Part shown: positions 1-30,119 of the stretch, in pieces
Numbering within the stretch: the stretch's first letter is position 1
Layout: each line of letters starts with the position of its first letter
DNA from: Tubiluchus corallicola
Lineage: Eukaryota; Animalia; Priapulida
Direction: 5' to 3'
NCBI GenBank assembly: GCA_030141605.1
Contig: JAQGDQ010000110.1
Location: 372,001 to 436,000, forward strand
DNA: 64,000 nucleotides
Program-made: the position numbers and the translations under genes
Notes under the pieces: generated by a model
What the model was told of the DNA's origin: nothing
The model's input: the letters and a program-made list of their open reading frames with translations, nothing else
The model's database searches: none

Positions 1-47
1 AGCTGCCATGCTTTTAGTGATCATTCTTTTGAATTTTGCTTTTCCAG

Positions 48-285
48 AGCTCCTGAATTCGCTAAGTGTTACAGTGAAGTCAAGGCTACACATTACTATC
101 GGCAGTGTCTGGAAGCTACTTGTTTGTGCACCTCACGCCGTAAAGAGACCTGCTATTGCCAGATCTTAAATGATTACGTGGAAGCTTGCCTTCAAAATGG
201 TATCGTGGTCAGACAGACTTGGGATAGACGGCGGGCTTGTGCGAATTATGGCCGTTCTTATTCAGTGCAAAGACTTTCTAGATGA
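48..285 (+). CDS. Terminal coding exon of a C8-domain protein (VWD-C8 type, BMPER/kielin/mucin-like); gene begins upstream of the window
   Basis: Acceptor ttttgcttttccag ends at 47. The exon reads APEFAKCYSEVKATHYYRQCLEATCLCTSRRKETCYCQILNDYVEACLQNGIVVRQTWDRRRACANYGRSYSVQRLSR* (TGA 283-285). Cys spacing and the Y..AC...G....W motif match a C8 domain. AATAAA follows at 411. Confidence 0.8.
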
Positions 286-410
286 ACATTTGTAATAGTG
301 TACTAAGTGTTTCATCAGCTGCTTCTTATTGCTGTAATGTGTAGCATGTATCAGTGATGCATTCAGACAAAATGTTTGTTTAACTTTAAGTGTTTTAATA
401 AGAAGTTAGA

Positions 411-416
411 AATAAA
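411..416 (+). terminator. Putative polyadenylation signal of the C8-domain gene
   Basis: AATAAA about 125 nt after the stop codon. Confidence 0.4.
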
Positions 417-434
417 CATGAATTTACAGTGCTA

Positions 435-1026
435 CAGTAAACTCAGCATAACTCAAATTCGCATAACTGAAAGAATTTCAACGGAATAGATGAAATCATT
501 CGTAATTTCCCACAAAAAGCATCAGTTTTTATCACAACCTGTAACTCAAAATTTATTATAATTCAAATGAAAAATTATGGTCCGTTTAATCAAAATACAT
601 GTAATTTACTTCACCAACTGAAAAATGTAAACTGTACTCTAGAAAAATAAAAAGTTTCGTACAGCTCAAAAACAGTATAGTCTTCCGGGAAGATGAATAC
701 TTAAGAGAGAGTGTGTGAATAATTGAATTTCGTACAAAGTGAACTGCAGTACGCAAGACATTAGTAGCCCCATTGTCATACTGTTTCACAGTGTTGTGTA
801 CACGTCCCCTTGTAACATAAAAAAAACTGTGTTTCACTACGTAATTTGTTTTTCTTTATGTAATTGTCATCAAATCTTATCATTTATGTATATGAAGGTT
901 GACTGTCTTCTATTTAGTTCGCCATCTGGAGGAGGGGTTTAGAGTTTCTATGCTGGGAAATGGTCAACATCGCCTTACTCAAAGTTTTTTCGGCCCCGTT
1001 GGATTTGAGTTATGCGGAGTTTACTG
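435..1026. mobile_element. Tc1/mariner (pogo/Tigger-like) MITE, 592 bp
   Basis: TIR CAGTAAACTCAGCATAACTCAAAT at the left and ATTTGAGTTATGCGGAGTTTACTG at the right (1 mismatch in 24). TA flanks both ends (433-434, 1027-1028). No transposase ORF. Confidence 0.85.
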
Positions 1027-2716
1027 TAAATAATTGCATTATGTGGAAGGCAAACGTTTGCTTCCTAAAGTGTATTGCCTTGTCCTCGGTGCTCCTGTCT
1101 TGTAGATTTTTCGACTTTCTTTCTCCTTTTATATCGACCAAGATAAAAAGTTATGTTAGGAGGAAAATGAAGATTCTCGAATGAACTCGTAACAGAAATA
1201 GACTGATTATTAGATTGCTTTCCAAATCTAAATTTCCATCTTAATCTTACCTAGAAGTCATGTAAGACTGTCTTTAAACTCTTAAACATTTTTGCCTGTA
1301 TCTGAATTCCATTTAAGAAGACCCTCTTTTGACACTTTGATCATCCCCGGCTGTTCTTGTTCTTACTTAAACCTCATTTCTTGAGCTGTAGTAAAAACTA
1401 TATGATAAAAAGGTACATTTTGTGGGGCAAATGCAGGCAGCAGAAGAGATAATAAAAAATAAAAGAAACACGTGTATATTATAGTGTAATTTCGTGCTTT
1501 TAAGCTTTGATTTAGTTCTTAACATTGTTTCATTTACAACTTGTTTTTTAGCTCACAAGTGATTTAGAGCAGGTCTGTCCATACCTACGTTAGTAATGAT
1601 CTACTTAGATTAAAGCATTATCTGACATAAAGAATCGAACGAGTTCACCAAAATTTGACACCTCAATTTCATATTTTCTTCCTTGTCATACTTTTTTCAA
1701 AGTATCAGAAATACTTTAAAATCATAATTTAAAATACTTTCTTTTTTCGAAAACTCGTAATGCATATTTAATTCAGCTCAGCTAACCTCTCACACACAAA
1801 AACACATGCAAAAAAGTGTTAGTGCGTATTATGGTAACAAAAAATAACATTCTGTCACAAGCAAAAAGTTCTGTATTAAAAATAAAACAAACGTCTCAAT
1901 CCAGGGAAATTGGCATAATAAAAATTCTGAATTAATCACACTTTTTAAATACTGTAATCAAAGTATGGTTATTTTGGTTGTTGAATGGAAAACTGAACTG
2001 CTAAACGATCAATATGATTATTTCCCTTCATCGGGTAATTTAATTGCAGGATAACCGATTTCTGAAAATAAAATCAGTCTTTTAGTTTATGTATGAGTTG
2101 TTTCAAACGTCCGCTACGTCTGGTAATTATTGCTGTTTTAATTAGCGCCTCGAGAACAAAAAACAGTGAATCAGTCGACAGTAATTTCTCGCATGACTTT
2201 CATATATGTCTATAATTATGCCAATAGAGAACTCTATATTTGCAAGTTTTGGAATTAATTTAAATAAAGAAGCAAATATGATGGCACAGTAATTCAAATT
2301 ATACGCAAGATTAAAACTAACTGTAATAGAGCGTCCACACGGTCATTTAAAACGTCAATGTTCGACCATGTAGACGCCGACACAGACAGTGAAATTTTAA
2401 TTTCATTGAATTTGAATAACGACATCAAGCTGGTCTGTGTCGTCAGTGTTAGTCGTCATTTTTGCAAGGAACAGCCAATAATAATGCACGCTGGTGACTC
2501 GGGCGCTTGTCATTAAAAACAAACAATAGTTATTACCAAAAAGCGTGTGTATTTTATAAGTATATATATATATACGTTATTAAGTATATAATAAAGTATA
2601 TTATTAAGTATGTTATATAAGTATATATATATGTAAACACGAATAGAGAATTTATACTGTTATAATGGGTATTCTAACACCTAGGAACATACTGAAATAG
2701 TTAAAAGCTTCGTCTA

Positions 2717-3043
2717 TTAATAAATTATCCTATTTATGTATTTAACTATTTTAATTTTATAAACTTGCTTAGGCAAATGTACAGGTACTTGCGCTTGTAC
2801 TGCTGCTACGATGTTTTGACAACCTGCTCCTTCAACATTAGAGACGAAAGTTTGCCCAGTAAGTGATTGAGCATACTTTACAAAAAACCCTTTACGCGCG
2901 TCAGATTGCTCTCGTTTCCTTAAATATTTCATAATAATTTTCTGTTTCATTTCTTTGCCGCGACCAGTTTTTACCCAAAATGTTCTTTGTCCTTTGATTT
3001 CGTTTTCATTTACAGCACACGCTAAGGCAAAGCTCGTTTTCAT
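2717..3043 (-). mobile_element. Possible decayed PIF/Harbinger transposase N-terminal fragment
   Basis: ORF segment RTFWVK...KYLRK..SD..FFVKYAQSLTGQTF loosely resembles the Harbinger FWV...LR..D..FF.Y.RM...TF pattern. A nearby inverted repeat gcgtccacacggtc/gaccatgtagacgc (2331-2377) resembles Harbinger-type ends. Confidence 0.3.
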
Positions 3044-3289
3044 GCAAACCGTTTTGGGGCTAATTCAAAAATAAAGAGAGCACCCCTTCAATAAATAATT
3101 ATCTGCCAAATAAGTTAAGTAACTATTATGTGAAAATTGATCGTGTGGACAGAATGTGTCTTGAATTGAATTGAATTTACTGACTAACAGGGATAAAGTA
3201 TATTAATAATACATCACATACAAAGTGGTAAAGAGTTGGTTCAAATTAAAAAGCAATATCGGTAACGAAGAGTCTAAATGTTCACACAT

Positions 3290-3852
3290 AAAAACACAGG
3301 CTTACAATGAATGAAGTGATTACAACAAAATCATGTCAGATAGTTAAAATGTCTCACACAGGCTTACAATGAATGAAGTGATTGCAACAAAATCATGTCA
3401 GATAGTTAAAAATGTTTCACACAGAAAAAACACAGGCTTACAATGAATGAAGTGATTACAGCAAAATCATGTCAGATAGTTAAAAATGTCTCACACAGAT
3501 AAAAACACAGGCTTACAATGAATGAAGTGATTACAACAAAATCATGTCAGATAGTTAAAAATGTTTCACATAGATAAAAACACAGACTTACAATGAATGA
3601 AGTGATTACAGCAAAATCATGTCAGATAGTTAAAAATGTCTCACACAGATAAAAACACAGGCTTACAATGAATGAAGTGATTACAACAAAATCATGTCAG
3701 ATAGTTAAAAATGTCTCACACAGGCTTACAATGAATGAAGTGATTGCAACAAAATCATGTCAGATAGTTAAAATGTCTCACACAGGTAAAAACACAGGCT
3801 TACAATGAATGAAGTGATTACAACAAAATCATGTCAGATAGTTAAAAATGTC
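3290..3852. repeat. Minisatellite, about 75-bp unit (62-63 bp variants), 8 copies
   Basis: Core ttacaatgaatgaagtgatt recurs at 3302, 3364, 3438, 3513, 3588, 3663, 3726 and 3800. Confidence 0.95.
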
Positions 3853-4535
3853 AAAAAAATGACAAATAAAAATAAAAAATTTAAGCAAAATGAAGAACTG
3901 AATTTATAAGACTTATTTGTACACAACTGTAAGATAAAATGATATGAACAGATTGTTAAATTTTGAATGAATGTTGATTTAGATAAAAATCAATTCAAGT
4001 ATCACATAGTTTCATTATTTCCGCTACTGCATTTATACCATCGATTACATAACCGATACATTGAATTTCATGCTTTTGACTATCAGTGTTTTGGACGACG
4101 TTGTGAAATATTATGGGTAAGTATTGTAACTTTCTCATGATCACTGAAGTTGTCCAAGGAAATATACCAACAATCTTTTGTAAATTCATTTTATGGTCAT
4201 CAAGTCACCTTTTCAGTTACTATGTTGTTGCTTCATATAGGTGTGTGGGAAAAATTGCATTTCGTTGTTTATCACCGATATGGCAAGAAAAGTTGAAATG
4301 TTGGATCGCCCGTCGCCATTATAATTCTTGGCCATTAAACTAGTTTAAATGAAAAAAATTGAACAGGATGACAATAAGCAAACCAGCAACAATAAGCAAA
4401 CCAGAAATTGCTGCTGAAGCTGTGATTAAAAATTGTTAAACCAAAAAAATATATGCAATATATATATATAGTTATACTGATGCGTACCAGGTTATATATA
4501 TGTATGCGTAGTAGTAGTGAAAAAGTGTGTAGGAA

Positions 4536-4823
4536 CATAGGCGTTCGGGCCAGAGGGGCTGCAGCCACCCCCCCCCCCCCACCCGATTTCAGGCAAACAC
4601 ATTTTTCGGGCACCGGCCAAATGATGGAAAAAATATAATATTTTTCTTAAAAGGAAATCTCGAAATTTCTCCATGCCGGGGAATGGAGCGCCCGAAATCC
4701 GAGCATTTTTTGATCTGGGGGAGGGGTGAGGCATTCCGACTCGAAGTTGAGTTTTTCACGTTGGCGCTGTGTTTTTTGGTCAAATTAGCCCCCCTCCTGG
4801 AAAAATCGGCGCCTACGCCTATG
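4536..4823. mobile_element. hAT-type MITE, 288 bp, GC-rich
   Basis: TIR CATAGGCGT...ACGCCTATG with a perfect 8-bp TSD TGTAGGAA (4528-4535 and 4824-4831). Confidence 0.9.
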
Positions 4824-6334
4824 TGTAGGAATACATTTACATGTCTCCGTATTAAAAAATAAATGTATGTGTAAAAGGCCACACTGACTACTACGCCAGC
4901 AGTAAACACTCAACAATCAATAGTAAACAATGAGAATTTCGCCTGGGAAATTTTGTAAAACTTTGCATTTGTGTTCTCTTCGCATCATTTCTAACTAGGT
5001 TATGGGCTGAGTTTTTCTAACCAAACACAAATTGTTACCTTAAGACGATAACATCTGAAAAAAGCCTAGCGTTGTGAAATGCTGGTCAGTAACCGCTTAG
5101 CATGCATATTACCTGATTCATGCCAGCGAGTTTCAACAAAGCTGCGTGAGCTCTTAGCCCTTGCTACTTTAGTCTTGTATCAGCATTGCTAGAATAATGA
5201 AAACACAGACGCTGTGGGTCAAAGACATTACTTTCTCTGTTTAAGATGCAGTGAAAATTACGCGGAAATAGAAGATGCAAAGATTCGTGCAGCCTGGAAG
5301 AATATCAGTTATAGTTCTTGTTCTTTTTGTCTCGCGTAAGTATTTGATCCACTGGTGACAATTAAGATTTGCCGACTGAGATAAAATCATCAGTTAATTC
5401 AACTGCTTATTGCTAGATGTAGTTGTTAAATTCGCAGCCGACGCACTTGAAATTAAGGTATAAATACGTGCACGTGGAGTAGTACAAAAGTTATAACGGT
5501 ACATGGACATGCACGTGGAATTCGCGCTGCAAAACACGTTTTCATGCCGAAAATCAGACAAAAAGTTCTCTGAAAGGAGTATTTACGAAATACGCGTTTT
5601 GTGCAGCACCGCTTGTCTGTTTCTATAGTCTTTGTGACCACCCGTCACCGGAAGTAAGAATCGCTGCACAATTCGGTTACATGTGCATACACCTTTAGAC
5701 AGACAACATGCAGAAACTACACTATAGCGAAATAACGTTATAACGATGCCCTATAATAACAACAATGATGGCGAAATACATGTATATTTAAAATGTTATA
5801 TAAATTTCTAAATCCGAATTTTTGAACGTTCATGTCATTTTGTGTTCAATTGATGCTACTTGTATAATGTGACGTCAACTCTTTTTCATCCTTTTCATTA
5901 TTAAATTTATTACGTGTTTTATTGCCTACGCTATTTTTTTATTTGCTAAAGAACTATGCACAGCGTATCTTTATTTAAAAGGCGTGAAATCGTATTTTGA
6001 ATAAGAAGATTCTGCCACACGCCACTTCTAATAAAAAGAAATCAAAATACTGCAGTTAATGATCTACTTGATATGTCTTGAAATGCTTATACCAATCTGG
6101 GAACACCTCCGCCAGTAACGTTTATTGAGTTCTTTCTTTAAATGTCCAACAGGTTTGGTTTCCATATAAATGAATCAAACCTAAAGCCTGGTTTGCATGT
6201 ATAGATACTGTGTTCCGACATTTTCTTTTGCAATGTCACGAGACGGCGTCAGTTCTTAACGGAAGCGCCGCGATGATAGTATTTTCTTATTACCATTTGA
6301 AAAAAATCATTGGCTGGGTACAGCAATTAAGTTT

Positions 6335-9300
6335 TTGTTTGACAAAAATAACAATTTTGTGCAAATTTTTTATGTATTTGCAGTTTATTGCTTGCTGTAC
6401 GCAAATTCAAAGATGCCGTGGTTACCGATTAACGAACGCTCTAACAGATCAAACGATACCGACGTTAGATGGAGAAATTCTTCTCACAATGTACAAGGAA
6501 ACGGTAATGTCGAATCTTTGGCAGATGTTGAACGTGATAAGTTTATTAAGAATGAAGAAGATGAAATAAGAAAAGAGTTTGATAGCAAAGGTGGGTTATA
6601 TGGTATAAGTTACACTGACGTAAAAAATGTGTTTAAAAGGAAGTAAAGAAATTGGAGGTTATTGTATCATTGTTTTAATAGCTTTTAAGTTTTCTAATGA
6701 CGTTGTAATAACTTATATAATTACCAGGAATCTCAAGCCCGAGATCTTTGATAGATTATAAGACTTTCGAATCTCGGGACGGCTATAATTATCACAGTGC
6801 TCCCGGGGTTAATGCAGCATGCAAATTTTGACAAAATACATGTGACATAAGGTTTGTTTATTAGCGCACCTTGTACTACTTTTTTCGCAATTTTTACACA
6901 TTTTTTTCTTAAAATTCGTCTAATCAAAATATTTTAATATTCTAATTAGAATTATTATAAATGTTTGTCAATTGTTACAATAGTTTAGTGTTTTTATACC
7001 ATGATTTACAACGCTATTAATGTAGTGAGAACCCTTCTTCAAAAGATGTGACGTACATCTGATGTCACACAGGTATTCAACGTCAGACAAGTAATCTGGC
7101 GCTGACTGTTATTTTCCCTGTTGATGTTTCTACATACGTTATGCTTGTTAGATATATAACAATAAGCTCTTATATTATCTATATCGGTATCACGGCTATG
7201 AACTCACTCGCATCACTACATTAACATAATGAAAGATAAGATAATATTATGATAAAAAATAATATGCATATCTGGAATCTTCTCTTTGAATCAGTGTTTC
7301 TAGAAAACAGTAACTTATATGATTTAACCCTATAGCCTCCTTAATTATCATAAGTTACGCGAAGAAGCGAATACCAAGTTGTTAATTTCAAGATGACGCA
7401 TTTTGACACGCCCGGTGACCGGGATTAATCCTTCTCATCCTGAAATTGAAATGAATCCCGTGACAGGATCTTAACAATTGCCACGTGTGTTGTATTGTTA
7501 TCGCACTACGCCTCGCTTTCAAGTAATGACGCAAAGAAATTGTTTCGACTGCTAGAAAATTGCAGGACTTTATTTATTACTTGTTGATAATTTTGAAATT
7601 TAAAAATTGTAACTTTGACACCTACTTTGAACAACGACAGAAGAAAATTGAACATGATAAAACTAGTATAGTCTTTCCTACTTTACAAGATGGTTTAGCT
7701 TCTATTTATGCTGACGGACAGTCATGGCTACTAAAGACGAATAAACTGTTTCACATATTTTTTTAATTAATTTGTTTCCGTCTTTTAATTTTTGTGCATG
7801 TGGATGTTAGCATGTACAAACAAACCTAATGGGCTGTTCAAACATTTCAGAAGAGAAAGGTTTAGAAACGTTGGAGAAGCATCTTGAGAGCTTCTGACAA
7901 GACCATGCAGGTGACAGATAGAGTACATCTGTAAAAAAAAAACTTTTCACTATTTCAGATACAGTGTGTGAGAACGGGACATTTTCTTTGCCAGGAATGT
8001 CGAAATGTCGTCAATGGCTTAAATGTTCCAATCTTAGGCGCACTTTCAAGCATCAATACGAGCTGGGCGAAGGCGGCACAAAACTTGTACGTATCTATGA
8101 AATCTCAATTTTCAGAATTTTGAAGACATGACCTTTTTATGGACTATGTTTTCATGCTGTTTGATTATCAGAGAAGCGAGTAACTAGGTGGATAATGATA
8201 TGTGATATAAAGGTCACAGTTAAACAAAGCCTGCCTTACCAGCAGGTGGATGGATGGCCGCGGGGAAACCTACTTTATCAGTTCCACAAGTGGTTGGTTG
8301 TTTCAATATTTAATCTTATAGGATTAGCCTTGTGATAGATTCCTGTTACTGGCTTACTGATGCTGAAGTGTATATTAAAATAGAAAAATATTAGGCGTAT
8401 ATGGTTGACATTTAAGCAATCAGGTAGAATTTTTATCTATAATACTGTACTTATATTAAGTGTACATTCGATTAGCCTATACCAATAACAGTTAAGTAGG
8501 CCTACACTGACCACTTAATTCTAGCTTGTAAATACGTGTACGACCTTTTAACATAAGATCGTTTGAATTTTTCAAATGCAGTAGTAGGGTTTGCGTCTAG
8601 ACATAGTTATTGATATTGCAAGCAACAATATGACAACTATGTAAAAGAACCCCCTTCTCTCGTTTTCTGCACTGAGTAACACTTTCGCTCACTGATACAG
8701 AACTAGTTTTTCTCTTAAAGCATGATAAATTCAATTTCATGTAATCCAGTTTTATAACTTATGAGAAGTTCAAAGTATGAGGACTTCTAGAAAATGAACG
8801 AGATTAAATGTGAGAGAAAACACTGCAGAATTCCAAATAGCAAAGGTGGTTGATCGGTTGTGCAAACAGTTTCTGGTTTGAGAATACAATAATTCTAGCG
8901 AGGATTTTAATTGTTTTTGAATTTCAACCTTGAAAGAAGCAGGTGTGCAGTACTGTATTCCACATGACAATTAACAGTTCTAGGGTCCCAGAGTAGGGTT
9001 ATCACTCATCAGCAACTCCAGTTTCACAGGAAATTTAAAGCTACTAAGCTACTAGAAAGTATCAACGTAGATTCGAACCCAGAATTTTTGTATAGTGGCT
9101 GATTATGCTTACCACGGCAATGTTCTCTTGCTTTTATTGTTGAAAGGAGCGTGGAAACGATTCATTTTTTTGTTTTTGCGAAAAGTCACCCTGACAGGTA
9201 AATCAGGAACAGAGGTGTGTGTTACTCGAATATCTATTCAAACTGGGATTGTATAAAATTGGTCCTAGATAGAACATACATCTAAATGGGAGATAAAGGG

Positions 9301-10740
9301 GTTTTACTTATGATCAAGAATATTTTACTCAAAACAATTCGACTTTGTCAGCTATGAAGAACTGGATTGTCGTGGAAAACTGCAGCACATTATTTTGCTC
9401 TTATAAACAAGCAAATTAGTGTGGGGTGACAGAAACGTTGCTCACCCTCAATAGAGGAAAGTACTTGCAGCACCCAGCAAAATGGAACTTTCGCCCCAAT
9501 TCAAAGGCCAGATGAGGATATCTTTGTGCAACCAAATCAACAAAATGACACAAGAGGATTATGGAGCCAATTACTTATCCAATAAGTGCCAAGAACTGAT
9601 GCTACAAAATGGAGTAATAAAACATTAACAGAAAGTGCATTACTATTTGATTATCATGCATTATAGCTCATTCATACTGAAGTGGTTCACTCAGGTTGGC
9701 TACAATATCCAAGCAACTACGTCATAACTTATCACCAGGCCCTATTTCTTACGATACTCAATGTAAGACAGAAATATAGGTTGTTAATCATGCAAAAATA
9801 TTAAGTCTAGTGCAATGTAACTGAAAGAGTTCAAAAACGAGCTCAAAATTGATCAGAATTATAACCAGTTAATATCCAATGGCTTTCAAATTTCATCTTT
9901 AACGTCACAGTGCAATTTAAATGATGTGGCAGCTGTATTACTTTGAATGATTCTTTTCAATGTAGGTGTGACGAAAAACTTCATCGTTGTTCGTCTTTTT
10001 TTCAGGTAAAAGCATCTGCGTGGAAGAGTCATGTCATTGCCTTGTTATACATCCGACCCAATTACTTTGAAGGTTATGACAGGGTGCTACACCACTATGT
10101 TCAGTTACAGAGCCATCCTCGTGTACTGCAAATTTTAGGGTATTGCGAGACAGAGCATGTCATTGCAGCAGAATATCACAAATTAGGTGATGCCACAAAT
10201 GTAAGGCTGCATTTACCTGTGACAGAAAGTGTGACATCTCTCACGAAAAGATGCTTACAGTTGTGCACAGATTACGTCGAAATAATTCAGCTTTTGCACA
10301 GCAGAGGGCTCTACCATTGCGACTCGGGCAGATTAGAGAAACTCTTGACTCAGTACCTGCTCACAGAAGACCTGAGATTAGTTCTTGGTGATTTAGATGA
10401 TATAGAGGACATGACCACAAGATGCTCCTGGCAAGGTAAGCCGTTTGACCGAGACTGGGAGTTCGAACCTCCCGAAGCCAAAGAGTGGAACGAAAAGGAG
10501 TGCAGAACAAATGAATGTAACGGGCGGCTAAGATTGTTGAAGATGAAAGCGGATGTGTGGAAGATTCACGACGTCTGCTTACAGTTTTTAAATTCTAATG
10601 AAAAGAGTAGAAAGACGGATAATTTAGAACTAATCAAACCGCTGCATAAAATGTGTAAAAAACCACGACCTGAAGATAGGACCACACCAGAAGAACTGTT
10701 ACGAGTGTTACATGATATTCTGGCTAACATTAAGGTGTGA
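6335..10740 (+). CDS. Protein O-mannose kinase (POMK/SgK196)-like type II membrane secretory-pathway kinase, divergent; 5' end unresolved
   Basis: Phase-compatible exons at about 6335-6590 (hydrophobic FVQIFYVFAVYCLLYA plus stem; donor AAG|GTGGGT), 7959-8086 (CENGTFSLPGMSKCRQWLKCSNLR...LGEGGTKL) and 10006-10740 (VKASAWKSHVIAL...HPRVLQILGYC...EYHKLG...HCDSGRLEKLLTQYLLTEDLRLVLGDLDD...KADVWKI...C). These follow the POMK motifs C..WLSC, GEGAVK, MCDS, QYLL and DLD. Confidence 0.8.
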
Positions 10741-11108
10741 GGAACCAGGCAGGCTAGAATCAGAAATCTTTAAATGTCTGAGAGGCAGTTTCTGTGAGCC
10801 ATCTCAAGGTCTCCCCAAAATCATGGGAGCTTGCAGATTGTGAAAAGTAGGAACAGCATAGGAGAGGCATATGGCTTCTTTACAAAAATGCCGTATTTGT
10901 GTGCCCCTTTCAAAGAGGAACTACACCAAAAGCTAGCATGTAACAGGTTGTGTACAACTAACACGACAATGCATACATGCATTGCAAGGACTCATTATTG
11001 TAGGCAGAAAGTGGAGACTCAAACGATCTGGGTCAGCCTACAACAACAATGCATTTTCTTAGAGGCGCTCCTATCTTTCCCCCAACGAGTGTTCTGTAGG
11101 CTTACTAA

Positions 11109-11469
11109 CAGGGGTGAGCATTCGAACATTCTAATTCCATTTAAACGAGTTTTACAGATTTGAATATTTCAGAACTTCAACTACATGCGTTCTTTATCAT
11201 TAAAACGTTTGAAACAGCATGCAATCAGCACAATTTAACTGCGATTTCTGTGCACAATTATTAAACAAATTAGTTGCCTTTTTTATTGCAGAATAAAATC
11301 AAGTAGTATTCACAATCTTTGTGAAACTGCTGTTCGTTAATGATTCAAAAATCTTGAAAACTGAATTTTACCCGGATTCGAAATCTCGAAATTCGGTTTG
11401 ACTAGAGTTCGAAAGAGTACAATTTGATTTGATTAGAATTCGCTCTCTATTTGAGAATGCTCAACCCTA
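11109..11469. mobile_element. hAT-type MITE, 361 bp
   Basis: Imperfect TIR CAGGGGTGAGCATTC...GAATGCTCAACCCTA with a perfect 8-bp TSD CTTACTAA (11101-11108 and 11470-11477). Confidence 0.85.
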
Positions 11470-12529
11470 CTTACTAAACTGCACAATAAGGTCCAACTAC
11501 TACGGCACTGATGTCACAATCAGGCTGGAGAAAAATGGCAATTCGCATGTGAAGTATTTGATGCAATGGTGTGAAAAATACTTAAATTATGTTTTATAAA
11601 TTTAATGTGGGGTTAAAATTAATTGTATAATTATCGCATTTGCACACGAACGTAGAAATATGAGCGAGCACTTATATTCCAAAGGACATGTCAGTGAACT
11701 GACATGAAAAGAAAATTAAAATCTATTCATTAAAGCAAGTACATCCTATTTTAAGGCTAAACTGCAACAGCTTATCCATGAGTACAATGTATTAAACAAA
11801 TGATTTAATATGGACAACTGCAAGATGAATGCAATTCCAATGTAGCTTTATTATGATTAGCATAATAATATTAGTTACAATACTAGGCAACAATCAATAT
11901 AATTCTCGCAGCAAGTAAAAGCAGCATCCAATAATAACAAGTAATTTATATAATATTTACAATGGCAAATAATCATAATTATAAAAAACTCCTTAAAAAT
12001 ATAATAATATATTTGATATATGTTAAGAATGCCACTATTATACAAAAATGAATATTCTTTCTGCTCAGTATTACACTGATGAAGGTACGGTTCCATAAAA
12101 TTTTTGAGCGTATCAAAAATCTTGGCTTAGCGTTACCTTTTTGTACATATTATTCTGGCTTTTCACGTACAAAGAAGGGATAGCAAGTTTTTTAACAGGA
12201 TACAAGCTTTGCATAAGTCAATAGGTAAGTGATTGATTACAAAAGTCATTTAAAACACACTCCAAGCGTGACAGGATTTTGGAAAACTAGACAGTGGACA
12301 GCAGTCAAAAGTTATTACTTTCTGCATGATTTTATACACTTTAAAGCCTTATGGGACATACTCCATTTTATGACCCATTGAGAGCGACAAGTAAAAATTT
12401 CCTCTAATTGTACTCTGCTCCATTGCACATTAATGGTAAAATTAATGTAAAGACACTGCACAAAATGTACACAGTTGCAGCAGCATCGGGCCGATGCAAC
12501 GTAACTGTTGTTATTGTCTGTAAACACTA

Positions 12530-29791
<17,262 letters not shown>

Positions 29792-30119
29792 CAGCAGGGA
29801 TCGACTGAATTCATTATCGCAGACAGACGTTAGTTAACAGCATCATCTCACCTGTGTCATTCACAAAAATAAGTATATAATTAGTGCCCATTTATACGAC
29901 ATTCGAGACTAAGTGCAGTAACATAGGCGTAAGTTTGTGATTTGCAATTGCTGATTAAATAAAGTTGCATAACACCCATAATAACTATCTCAAATTCATG
30001 CATAAGAACGGCTGGTTTTTGTCTTTAATTTTAATAGGAATCTGGACTGCAGATTACCACAGTTTCTAATAAATGCCTAAAATAAGGAAAATGAAAATTC
30101 ATATTGTTACATTATATTT

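Noticed and set aside
8730-9650. Coding-like, stop-riddled sequence in the POMK-like intron (IILA.DFN-like stretch)
   Set aside because: Possibly an old TE remnant, but no series of motifs could be recognised with confidence.
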